A DNA stretch of 64,000 bases from Octopus sinensis. Lineage: Eukaryota. The notes below the pieces were generated by a model, which saw only the letters and a program-made list of their open reading frames with translations, did no database searches and was not told where the DNA came from. The stretch is taken from NCBI RefSeq assembly GCF_006345805.1, contig NC_042999.1:158224001-158288000 (forward strand). The letters are read 5' to 3'. The position numbers and the translations under genes are program-made. Shown one piece after another: positions 39,636 to 52,599 of the stretch. Numbering within the stretch: position 1 is the first letter of the stretch; every line of letters starts with the position of its first letter.

Positions 39636-39857
39636 AGACAATGATAAAAAGAAATCCAGGCAATTTTTTGAAAAATAACATTTACCCCACCCACTGAAGT
39701 GGCAATCTGGGTTTGTCGTTTGTCATTTCTAAAAGCCAAGAATTATTTTCTATTGAAAGAACTGACCAGCTGCAAAGATGTCAACACATTATTTTCTTCT
39801 TTCTCTCTTCCTTCTTCCTTTCCTTCTCTTTTCCATTGACACGCCTTTCAGATACAA
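39251..39857. repeat. Local inverted repeat (~135-bp arms at 39251-39384 and 39719-39857) with a third partial copy at ~39485-39570
   Basis: ttcttggcttttagaaatgacaa versus ttgtcatttctaaaagccaagaa, with flanking matches. Confidence 0.75.
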
Positions 39858-40156
39858 GCAGCACACACACAGACGCACACATACACACATGCACTCTCTC
39901 TCACTTTCTCCCCATTCCTCACTCTCTTATACTATTTTATATCTCTCCACCTCTACACACTCAATAATACTATAAAAAGAGACAAAATTCATGAAAAAGT
40001 TCAATCTGACGACTCCACTAGAGTGGACGCAAGCGCAAATATATGATTTATTAAAAACATGCGACATATTAATAAATATCTGTAAATATAAAACCATCCA
40101 GATTTCTGAGTACCTTATTTCTTCTAATACCTGTACATCCATCTCCAAACCTTCTA

Positions 40157-40188
<32 letters not shown>

Positions 40189-40424
40189 TAATATATATAT
40201 ATATATATCAAGAGCGTAGAGAAAAAGGGAGAGACAAAAAGAAAAAGACATAATGAAAGACATAATGATATACATAATTAAATTTACTTTTAGTTTAGCT
40301 AGTATTCGAGGTCGACGTAAAAACAATGATTGATGGATCTATTTCAATGATGGCTCGATTTATATTACAATAATGTAACTTGAGTAAATACGACTTTAAT
40401 AAATGTAAATATCTCAACACAACT

Positions 40425-40764
40425 CTTTTACTTACTCTTTTACTTGTTTCAGTCATTTGACTGCGGCCATGCTGGAGCACCGCCTTTAGTCGAGCAAATC
40501 GACCCCGGGACTTATTCTTTGTAAGCCCAGTACTTATTCTATCGGTCTCTTTTTGCCGAACCGCTAAGTGATGGAGACGTAAACACACCAGCATTGGTTG
40601 TCAAGCAATGCTAGGGGGACAGACACAGACACACAAACATACACACACACACTTATATATATATACATATATACGACAGGCTTCTTTCAGTTTCCGTTTA
40701 CCAAATCCACTCACAAGGCTTTGGTCGGCTCGGGGCTATAGCAGAAGACACTTGCTCAAGATGC
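40425..40764 (-). mobile_element. 5'-truncated SINE family A with TSD caact
   Basis: caact at 40420-40424 and 40765-40769; the empty site is visible in copy 1 (tatagttgtgttga at ~35531). Confidence 0.9.
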
Positions 40765-41070
40765 CAACTATAATCATTTCGTACAGTTTATATTGTTCGC
40801 GTTAAGTGTACTCATAGTTTTGAGTTATTTGTGTATGAAATGATATGTATGTGTGTGTGTGTGTGTTTATGTGTATGCTTCCATGTGTTTATAAGTGTAT
40901 GTGGCTTTATTTGTGCGTATGGGCGTTTGTGTATGCGTCTGTATTTGAATTCGTAAACAAATATGCGAAAACATATCTATTTCTTTCGTCTGTTTACATA
41001 ATTCAGAAATATTTTGGAACGCTGAACGATTATGCATACATATAAAAACACATAAAGCACACACGTACAT

Positions 41071-41478
41071 GCAGGAGTGGCTGTGTGGTAAGTAGCTTGC
41101 TTACCAACACATGGTCCCGGGTTCAGTCCCACTGTGTGGCACCTTGGGCAAGTGTCTTCTGCTATAGCCTCGGGCCGACCAAAGCCTTGTGAGGGGATTT
41201 GGTAGAAAGAAACTGAAAGTAGTCTGTCGTATGTATGTATATGTATGTTGTGTGTGTATATGTTTGTGTGTCTGTGTTTATCGCGCAACATCGCTTGACA
41301 ACCGATGCTGGTGAGTTTACGTCCCCGTCACTTAGCGGTTCAGCAAAAGCGACCGATAGAATAAGTACTAGGCTTACAATGAATAAGTCCTGGGATCAAT
41401 TTGCCCGACTAAAGGCGATGCTCCTGCATCATGGCCGCAGTCAAAAGACTGAAACAAGTAAAAGAGTAAGTAAAAGAG
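41071..41478 (+). mobile_element. SINE family A (duplicated copy of 34856-35238)
   Basis: Same flanks as copy 1. Confidence 0.9.
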
Positions 41479-42127
41479 ATATAGGTATTGAAACACTTAT
41501 ACAATCACGCATACATACATATACATAAATATATATGTATATGTGCATACACATATACATGCATACAGATAGACGGACGGACAGACAGACAGACAAGCAT
41601 TCATTACCCAAACATCTGACATAGAACCAACGTTGAACCCTTTACTCGCAATATTTCCGAATCTGGAACTGAAATATGGTCTGTCTATAGCACTTATTCA
41701 GAATTACCTGACAGCTTTGGGTCTCAGTGACACTATTATCTCATATATATAGTCTTCCACTCTATCGCATGGCCGAGTAAAGCCTTGTGAGTAGATTTGC
41801 TGGATAAAAACTGAAAGAAGACCTTCATACATATTATGTCTGTGTACCCACGCACACACACATATATACATGTATGTATTTATATGTACATTTATATATG
41901 TACATATCTACATGTCTGTTTATGTGTATATATATACGCATACACTATGTGGGTGATAATTTCAACTGAGGCGTTACAAGCGAATCCCATTCTTTAAGGG
42001 CTTCAATTCTGTGTATGTGCATATATATACTAGATGCTGATATTTTCTGATGGTTTTCCTTATTGTGTTGATGTACCATTTTCTTTCATTAATAAAGCCG
42101 TCAGCATTTTTGATGACACGGGTATTT

Positions 42128-42331
42128 TCTTTCTTTTCTTTCTTTTACTTGTTTCAGTCATTTGACTGCGGCCATGCTGGAGCACCGCCTTTAGTCGAGC
42201 AAATCGATCCCGGGACTTATTCTTTGTAAGCCTAGTACTTATTCTATCGGTCTCTTTTTGCCGAACCGCTAAGTGACGGGGATGTAAACACACCAGCACA
42301 CAAACACACACACATACATATATATATATAT

Positions 42332-42376
<45 letters not shown>

Positions 42377-42545
42377 TATATACGACAGGCTTCTTTCAGT
42401 TTCCGTCTACCAATCCACTCACAAGGCATTGGTCGGCCCGGGGCCATAGCAGAAGACACTTGCCCAAGATGCCACGCAGTGGGACTGAACCGGAACCATG
42501 TGGTTGGTTAGCAAGCTACTTACCACACAGCCACTCCTGCGCCTA
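42128..42545 (-). mobile_element. SINE family A
   Basis: Full-length; head-to-head with the next copy. Confidence 0.9.
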
Positions 42546-42579
42546 TGTTAGTATGTTAGTATATATATATATATATATA

Positions 42580-42714
42580 TAGGCGCAGGAGTGGCTGTGT
42601 GGTGTAAGTTGCTTGCTAACCAACCACATGGTTCCGGGTTCAGTCCACTGCGTGGCACCTTCGCCGACCAAGCCTTGTGAGTGGAGTGGTAGACGGAAAC
42701 TGAAAGAACTCGTC

Positions 42715-42754
<40 letters not shown>

Positions 42755-43013
42755 TATATATATGTATATATATGTGTGTGTGTGTGTTTATGTATGTGTG
42801 TCTGTGTTTCCCCCCCCCAACATCGCTTGGCAACCTATACTGGTGTGTTTACGTCCCCGTTACATAGCGGTTCGGCAAAAAAGACCGATAGAATAAGTAC
42901 TAGGCTTACAAAGAATAAGTCCTGGGGTCGATTTGCTCGACTAAAAAAGGCGGTGCTCCAGCATGGCCGCAGTCAAATGACTGAAACAAGTAAAAGAGTA
43001 AAGAGTAAAGAGT
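42580..43013 (+). mobile_element. SINE family A
   Basis: taggcgcaggagtggctgtgtgg head and (gagtaaa)n tail. Confidence 0.9.
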
Positions 43014-43019
43014 ATATAT

Positions 43020-43795
43020 ATAATTCTCATGACATCTAACAACATCCAAGATTTGGGAGTAACTGTGGACAACAGCATAAGCTGGGTTACACATATAAGC
43101 AGCAAAGTTGACATGGCGCGCAAAATGTGTTCCTGGATTCTCAGAACCTTCCAGTTGAGAGATTCCCACACCATTATCCTTCTCTTCTCCACTTTTGCCT
43201 GACCCCACCTTGAATACTGCTATCCACTGTGGTCTCCCTTCACGAAACAAAATATTATGAATATTGAAGCTCCCCAAAGGTCAATCATGAAAGAGATAGA
43301 TGGCATGTCAGACCTCGACTACTGGGGTCGACTAGAAAAGCTGAAACTGTATTCACTCCAACGACGCTGTGAACGCTACATTATCTGCATGATGTGAAAA
43401 ATATTCTATTAGCTCTGTCCAAATGATGTAGGAATCCCCTTCAAAATACATCCAAGACTTGGACCCCGTGCCATCCGTCCACAACAAAAATCTAAATCAC
43501 ATCTCATAACAACAATACGGCACAATTATTTCACCTCAATTGGACCCGCTCTCTTCCACATTACACCAGGACACATCAAAACAGAAACTGACCACACAAA
43601 ATTCAAGAAATCTTTGCACAAATTCCTACAAACAGTCCCGGAGAAACCACCCACACCCGGATATGTCTCCACAAACAATAACTCTCTGCTCGAATGGGCC
43701 TTGGTGACCAAATCCTGACTTGAAAGACTTCGCCAGGTGGTGCTATTAAGTTAGACGTGGCCTCGGCGAATACTGGCCAAAATCTTTCTAAGTTA
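43020..43795 (+). mobile_element. 5'-truncated CR1-like LINE, second family
   Basis: NIQDLGVTVDNSISW..HI..KVDMARKMCSWILRTF...PHLEYCYPLWSP...LDYWGRLEKLKLYSLQRR. Confidence 0.85.
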
Positions 43796-44427
43796 TATAT
43801 ATATAATTAATGAAATCTATATTTTCAGTGAAATGAACCCTGTGAGTCTTTATTTTCTCTTAATTCTTGAAGGTCGAACTAAAAACTTATTTTCTTTAAT
43901 ATTTAAGATAATTCAGGTAATTCGTTACATATCTGTGTCATATATATGAATTGGAACACTTTTGCACGAGAAAACTCCAGGAATGGAAATAAAAGTAAAA
44001 AATACTACTGAAGTACTAGCAAAATTCCTAAAGTGAGTATAAGAGAAGAAAATGAAAACGAAAGTATTTTCATCCATTTTGGCATTCAAATTTAAAGAAA
44101 CACACAGGATAGAAGTAAAATAAGTGTGGAGCAAAAACAGATTTGTCGTGATAAAATAGAAGCCAGAAGGTAGAATATTCGGAAGAAAACAAAAAATGTT
44201 GATATGTTAACATAATGTGACGTTGCAGGACATTTACAAATTAAACACAGACGGATAGAAAGAAGAAACGAAAGCAAATGGAAAAATCTATCACGACAAG
44301 TATGAGAAAGGACAAGGACTCTGCTCCGTCGAATAAAAACAGATAAAAAAACGTGTGTAATGTGTGTGTGTGTGTTGGTACATACACACACATATACATA
44401 TACATACATATATATATATATATGTAT

Positions 44428-44473
<46 letters not shown>

Positions 44474-44475
<2 letters not shown>

Positions 44476-44778
44476 CACAATCAAGGAACGGCCATAATAG
44501 GCCATCACCCACTAGAAATAACAGCCAAAAGCTTCAACCGCAAAATAACATCAATTCCGTAAACCAGGAGAAAATTAAAAAACTTTACCCTGTAATTTCT
44601 TATACGATGCACCGTTTCATCTACTAGTAGATGAAACGGTGCATCGTATAAGAAATTACAGGTAAATGTTTTTTAATTTTCTCCTGGTTTACGGAATTGA
44701 TGTTATTTTGCGGTTGAAGCTTTTGGCTGTTATTTCTAGTGGGTGAATGGCCTATTATGGCCGTTCCTTGATTGTGAT
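44474..44778. repeat. 305-bp near-perfect zero-loop palindrome (probable Penelope-like foldback)
   Basis: Centre ctactagtag (44621-44630); the arms differ by a few indels; the left arm ends in (TA)n. Confidence 0.85.
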
Positions 44779-44891
44779 GTTGAACTTAAAAATGGTCTAT
44801 AACTATTTAATTTTTTCCCACTAGGCCGCTGGTGGCAAAAAAATTCTACAAAATTTTTTGCCACCCTATATTGATTAATTATATATATATA

Positions 44892-44954
<63 letters not shown>

Positions 44955-44955
<1 letters not shown>

Positions 44956-45190
44956 ATATGTGATCTCTTAAGCACCACCAGCTGAAATATTTTCTCCTCT
45001 GTCTTCCCTCTTTGGGATCTTTCCTTCTCCTTGTTTCCGACGAAGAGCTCCGCTCGAAACGTTAAACCCTCCTTCCCTTCTTTCCTGAGCGTCAATAATA
45101 CTTTAATTGTACCACGTCCTGCGTTGCTGTGTTTTTTCTCCTTTATTTTCTCTCTTTTTTTCTGTGTTTTCTTGTTTGGATTAACTACTA
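44955..45190 (+). mobile_element. Penelope-like terminal repeat with hammerhead (45033-45067)
   Basis: gttt-CCGACGA-a-gagc(tcc)gctc-GAAA-cg-T-T-aaac; palindromic stem III acgt; between (TA)n tracts. Confidence 0.75.
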
Positions 45191-45202
45191 TATATAATAT
45201 AT

Positions 45203-45800
<598 letters not shown>

Positions 45801-46027
45801 TGTATACGTATATTTTGTCATTACACTGCATAATGATGTGCAGGTCATCATTGCATTATAATTAGGAATCAAAAGAAAATAACCAATGCTAAAGTTTGAA
45901 GAAGAAGTAGACCTCTTCATCAGTACCATCAGTAATTCACTTAACCACTATTGGAAGTAATTCAAGTAAAAGAAAATGCTCATTATTTACATTTGACGGA
46001 TATTTGTCCTCATCTTGTTTGTTGTTA

Positions 46028-46071
46028 ACACAACATTTCGGTTGACATACCCTCCTGCCTTCATCAGGTGT
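46028..46071 (-). ncRNA. Hammerhead ribozyme relic with canonical core
   Basis: acac-CTGATGA-a-ggc...acc-GAAA-tg-T-T-gtgt; one stem II and one stem III mismatch. Confidence 0.65.
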
Positions 46072-46108
46072 CTTGAGGATATTTCGAACCTGAGTTCTCA
46101 TTCCTAAG

Positions 46109-46260
<152 letters not shown>

Positions 46261-46710
46261 GAGTGAGAGAGCAGTTCATGCCATCAAAGTGACACTGGGG
46301 TAAAATATACGAAGCCCAATATACCCATCATGACTACCCGTCTGATAAAGGTACACCAGGCACATGCATCACAACCATATATGCGCGACATAGTGATCTC
46401 ATATCAAGATAAACAGCACATGACCTTGCAGGTGGGGCCCAGTTAGAATTTTCTTCAGGTTGAGTAACCCATCCTGCTCAAACGGTCCCTGAATAAGGGT
46501 TGTTTAAGGATGTTGAAAGAACCACCCATGTTTCCAGAGGTGAACTACTCAAACCCCAAAGAATCCCTCTCAACACATGGCTATGATGCTCCCCCACTAC
46601 TTCTGCTCGTGATCAGAGATGCACATATCGTCAGCCACTAAGGGACATGCTCAACTGGTTAAGGTCAAACAACTGACAAGCAAATCTGTGGTATTGAGCA
46701 GAATATTTGC

Positions 46711-46712
<2 letters not shown>
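46261..46712 (-). mobile_element. ~558-bp TAA-associated non-coding element, 5'-truncated copy
   Basis: Same sequence as 48332, 50110 and 50959 copies; identical 3' junction ctctcactc|aataat. Confidence 0.8.
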
Positions 46713-46760
<48 letters not shown>

Positions 46761-46770
46761 TATTATTATT

Positions 46771-46845
46771 CAGGTCACTGCCTGGAATCGAAATTGGAAT
46801 CTTGGGGTTAGTAGCCCGCGTTCTTTACCTCTACGCCATATGCCC
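46771..46845 (-). mobile_element. tRNA-only mini-SINE ending directly in (AAT)n
   Basis: gggcatatggcgtagaggtaaagaacgcgggctactaaccccaagattccaatttcgattccaggcagtgacctg: A/B-box-like motifs, poor acceptor stem, no body. Confidence 0.65.
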
Positions 46846-46864
46846 GTGGGCTACATTAATTACT

Positions 46865-47200
46865 GCTTTCACAGGTGGGCAATGGACTTCAGTCTTCATT
46901 CTCTGACCTTTGACTTTCATAAATCACTTAATCTGGCGTGTCTTCACCATTTCAAATTCTTTCATGTACGACTTTTCTAGATTATGTTGGATCCTCTCTC
47001 TATCAGCATCTCTTGTTATTTTTCTAAGTAATGAAAATAACCCCTCTTTGATTTCGTTATTTAGTTGATGTTTTTTTTCCAACGGTTGTAATGGATCCTC
47101 TCACAGACGAGGGCGTGTCCTGTCCTTTCCGTTACTCTTCTAAATTTATATGAATCCACTGGTATCATTATATTCAAGCCAGGTGGTTTTAGCTTCATAC
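46865..47200 (-). mobile_element. Probable Penelope-like ORF N-terminal fragment
   Basis: KPPGLNIMIPVDSYKFRRVTERTGHALVCERIH...EFEMVKTRQIK*F resembles PLE N-terminal P.GL.I...ERI...K.RQ..KF pattern. Confidence 0.45.
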
Positions 47201-47857
47201 ATTGAAATTAAAGGTTTGTTATTTAAAATTTTTAAATTGTATAATAATGTGGGCATATAAGAAAAATGTTTTTAGTGGATTAATTCATAATATTTCATGT
47301 TGTTCCAGAGAAGATATTTGTATTGACTCTAGAATGAATCATTATATTTGTAGTTAAGTATTTATTATAAATCTTAAGTAAGCTATTTCATATAGCTACT
47401 TTATTTATAAATATATAAACTTCGGCTAACAAAGGTATAATTTTTCCTCTGGTAAACTAAGTAATTTGGTATTTACTCTTGGAATTGTGTTTGTATGGAT
47501 ATGAATAAGCAGAATAATTTCGTTACTTCTGAAAGAGTTAGTAAAATTTAGACATATTTTTTTAATTCATAGTTTATTGTCTCTTTATCTAAGAAATAAT
47601 ATAGACTATAAGGAATAAAATGTTTTCATTGACACAACAATGCACTATAATACAAACAATGGACGATAATAACTGTTGTGATTTAATCATCCATACTCTG
47701 ATATGATATTTCGGAATCCTCTCCAATATAGATTATTATCATTGTAGATATATGTTTTTTGTTTGTTTTAATCTACAGAGTTCTCCCTTCGATAAACAAT
47801 GATAAACTTTACGTCAGTAACAATAGATAAAGAGAAGAGATAAAGGGAGGGGTTATA

Positions 47858-47911
<54 letters not shown>

Positions 47912-47914
47912 CAT

Positions 47915-47962
<48 letters not shown>

Positions 47963-48000
47963 TATTATTATTATTATTATTATTATTGTTGTTGTTGTTG

Positions 48001-48038
<38 letters not shown>

Positions 48039-48050
48039 ATTGTTATTATT

Positions 48051-48263
48051 ACTACATATAATTTATATAATTTCTTTGAGTAATAATAAATATATGAATA
48101 GTATCACATATAAATAAATAGTTAGTTTATATACAAGAAATACATTCTTTCGAATATGTATAGGCGTATTTGTAGAATAAATATGGGTTCACACGATTAA
48201 TACGTCTATAAATCTAAGTAAAACTCTGTCTCTTTATTCAATTATATATTTATATATCATTAG

Positions 48264-48267
<4 letters not shown>
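48051..48267. repeat. ~217-bp AT-rich unit, repeated at 49010-49226 and partly at 28874-28940
   Basis: actacatataatttatataatttctttgag...cacacgattaatacgtct...ctctgtctctttattc. Confidence 0.85.
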
Positions 48268-48331
<64 letters not shown>

Positions 48332-48888
48332 GAGTGAGAGAGCAGTTCATGCCATCAAAGTGACACAGGGGTAAAATATACGAAGCCCAATATACCCATC
48401 ATGACTACCCGTCTGATAAGGGTACACCAGGCACATGCATCACAACCATATGTGCGCGACATGGTGATCTCATAAAAAGATAAACAGCACATGACCTTGC
48501 AGGTGGGTCCCAGTTAGAATTTTCTTCAGGTTGAGTAGCCCATCCCGCTCAAAAGGTACCTGAATAAGGGTTGTTTAAGGATGTTGAAAGAACCACCCAT
48601 GTTTCCAGAGGTGAATTATTCAAACCCCAAAGAATCCCTCTCAACACATGGCTATGATGCTCCCCCACTACTTCTGCTCGTGATCAGAGATGCACATATC
48701 GTCAGCCACTAAGGGACATGCTCAACTAGTTAAAGTCAAACAACTGACAAGCAAATCTGTGGTATTGAGCAGAATATTTGCTGTAGCCCATCTTTTATAC
48801 CAAGACAAAACAATGTACATGATAATACTTCCAGTCAGTTAAGATAAGAAGCCATGATAGCCACTGCCTGGTACTGCATCAGGGGATT
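48332..48888 (-). mobile_element. ~558-bp TAA-associated element, full length
   Basis: Minus 5' aaatcccctgatgcagtaccaggcagtgg to 3' ctctcactc; (ATT)n on both sides. Confidence 0.85.
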
Positions 48889-48932
48889 TATTATTATTAT
48901 TATTATTGTTGTTGTTGTTATTATTATTATTA

Positions 48933-49011
<79 letters not shown>

Positions 49012-49266
49012 TACATATAATTTATATAATTTCTTTGAGTAATAATAAATATATGAATAGTATCACACATAAATAAATAGTTAGTTTATATACAAGAAAT
49101 ACATTCTTTCGAATATGTATAGGCGTATTTGTAGAATAAATATGGGTTCACACGATTAATACGTCTATAAAACTAACTAAAACTCTGTCTCTTTATTCAT
49201 TTATATATTTATATATCATTAGTTTTATTATAATCATTATTACTATTATTATTATTATTATTATTA

Positions 49267-50006
<740 letters not shown>

Positions 50007-50036
50007 TATTATTATTATCATTATTGTTATTATTAC

Positions 50037-50075
<39 letters not shown>

Positions 50076-50109
50076 CATTATTATTATTATTATTCTTATT
50101 ATTATCATT

Positions 50110-50773
50110 GAGTGAGAGAGCAGTGCATGCCATCAAAGTGACACTGGGGTAAAATATACGAAGCCCAATATACCCATCATGACTACCCGTCTGATAAGGG
50201 TACACCAGGCACATGCATCACAACCATATGTGCGCGAAATGATGATCTCATATCAAGATAAACAGCACATGACCTTGCAGGTGGGGCCCAGTTAGAATTT
50301 TCTTCAGGTTGAGTAGCCCATCCCGCTCAAAAGGTCCCTGAATAAGGGTTGTTTAAGGATGTTGAAAGAACCACCCATGTTTCCAGAGGTGAACTATTCA
50401 AACCCCAAAGAATCCCTCTCAACACATGGCTATGATGCTCCCCCACTACTTCTGCTCGTGATCAGAGATGCACATATCGTCAGCCACTAAGGGACATGCT
50501 CAACTGGTTAAGGTCAAACAACTGACAAGCAAATCTGTGGTATTGAGCAGAATATTTGCTGTAGCCCATCTTTTATACCAAGACAAAACAATGTACATGA
50601 TAACACTTCCAATCAGTTAAGATCATTATTATAACACTTCCAATCAGTTAAGATCACATGATAACACTTCCAATCAGTTAAGATCACATGATAACACTTC
50701 CAATCAGTTAAGATCACATGATAACACTTCCAATCAGTTAAGATCACATGATAACACTTCCAATCAGTTAAGA

Positions 50774-50775
<2 letters not shown>
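50110..50775 (-). mobile_element. TAA-associated element, 5'-truncated, with reiterated 30-bp unit
   Basis: acatgataacacttccaatcagttaagatc at 50595, a partial copy at 50631 after attatt, then four full copies at 50656-50775. Confidence 0.85.
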
Positions 50776-50862
<87 letters not shown>

Positions 50863-50873
50863 TATTATTATTA

Positions 50874-50915
<42 letters not shown>

Positions 50916-50958
50916 TATTATTATTATTATCATTATTATTATTATTGTTATTATTATT

Positions 50959-51512
50959 GAGTGAGCGAGCAGAGCATGCCATCAAAGTGACACTGGGGTA
51001 AAATATACGAAGCCCAATATACCCATCATGACTACCCGTCTGATAAGGGTACACCAGGAACATGCATCACAACCATATGTGCGCGACATGGTGATCTCAT
51101 ATCAAGATAAACAGCACATGACCTTGCAGGTGGAGCCCAGTTAGAATTTTCTTCAGATCGAGTAACCCATCCCGCTCAAAAGGTCCCAGAATAAGGGTTG
51201 TTTAAGGACGTTGAACGAAACACCCATGTTTCCAGAGGTGAATTATTCAAACCCCAAAGAATCCCTCTCAACACATGGCTATGATGCTCCCCCACTACTT
51301 CTGCTCGTGATCAGAGATGCACATATCATCAGCCACTAAGGGACATGCTCAACTGGTTAAGGTCAAACAACTGACAAGCAAATCTGTGGTATTGAGCAGA
51401 ATATTTGCTGTAGCCCATCATTTATACCAAGACAAAACAATGTACATGATGACACTTCCAATCAGTTAAGATCAGAAGCCATGAGAACCACTGCCTGGTA
51501 CTGCATCAGGGC

Positions 51513-51516
<4 letters not shown>
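50959..51516 (-). mobile_element. ~558-bp TAA-associated element, full length
   Basis: Minus 5' aaatgccctgatgcag; (ATT)n on both sides. Confidence 0.85.
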
Positions 51517-51548
<32 letters not shown>

Positions 51549-51565
51549 CATTATCATCATCATCA

Positions 51566-51596
<31 letters not shown>

Positions 51597-51652
51597 TATT
51601 GTTATTATTATTATTATTATCATTATGATTATTATTATTACTATTATTATTA

Positions 51653-51686
<34 letters not shown>

Positions 51687-51700
51687 CATTATCATCATCA

Positions 51701-51737
<37 letters not shown>

Positions 51738-51758
51738 TATTTATTATTATTATCATCA

Positions 51759-51819
<61 letters not shown>

Positions 51820-51821
51820 TA

Positions 51822-51855
<34 letters not shown>

Positions 51856-51875
51856 CATTATCATCATCATTATTG

Positions 51876-51912
<37 letters not shown>

Positions 51913-51996
51913 TATTGTTATTATTATTATTATTATTATCATTATGATTATTATTATTACTATTATTATTATTATTATCATTATTACTATTATCAT

Positions 51997-52061
<65 letters not shown>

Positions 52062-52352
52062 GTAATAGTAGTAGTAGTAGTAGTAGTAGTAGTAATAGTA
52101 GTAGTAGCATTATATATAATTAAAATGGCCAGTGATTACCTTCGATTTAAATACATTTAGATTAATATTATTGGAAATTTATAAAAAAAACATTTTTGGC
52201 CGTTATGAATTTTCGTTTGAATATTGATGTTCTGTTGTTGTACTTATGTATTTTAATTGTTAACGCTCACGCTCCTAAACATAGGTAATTTTAATCAGTA
52301 TTATGCAATGCGGAAGTCCTTCTACATGGAATTTCGTTTGTCTTTTTAAACC

Positions 52353-52436
52353 AAGTGCCTGAAGAGACTTGTATACATAGATATCAGTTGTTTATAAATA
52401 AAATAATGTATATAAGTTGAAACAAATTGCTGGCTT
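52353..52436 (+). ncRNA. Degenerate hammerhead with long stem II
   Basis: CTGAAGA-gacttgtatacat...atgtatataagtt-GAAA-caaattg; 13-bp stem II, but cleavage site and stem I decayed. Confidence 0.45.
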
Positions 52437-52599
52437 CATTTTTTTTAATTGATTATATTTTCTTATCTTATATTTTATTGCATATTATATTATATCATAA
52501 TGTAATAAACTGTTAGATTGTCAATTATATTTTTCTATCTAATTTATATATATATATATCTATCTAAAGAATAGAGCAGTAATTATTAAAATTTTATAA

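Larger units (their letters stand above)
40209..41617 (-). repeat. Inverted segmental duplication, copy 2
   Basis: Matches 34709-35757 in reverse; carries an extra SINE at 40425-40764. Confidence 0.9.

Noticed and set aside
40006-40036. CTGACGA-c-tccac(taga)gtgga-c-GCAA
   Set aside because: Good core and stem II, but GAAA, cleavage site and stem I are decayed; used only as supporting context, not called as a ribozyme.
44831-44865. 14-bp hairpin ggtggcaaaaaaatt...aattttttgccacc resembling a terminator or MITE
   Set aside because: Too short, no TSD or second copy; intrinsic terminators do not apply here.
46771-46845. tRNA gene (also all SINE heads)
   Set aside because: Acceptor and T stems do not pair properly and the anticodon/variable arm combination is invalid; treated as SINE-derived.
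50595-50775. 30-bp direct repeats of CRISPR-like length
   Set aside because: Repeats abut without spacers and derive from the adjacent element.
50959-51516. HDV-like ribozyme at the 5' end of the 558-bp element
   Set aside because: Only a 4-bp P1 candidate (gccc/gggc) could be found and no P3/P1.1 motif; needs a computational search.
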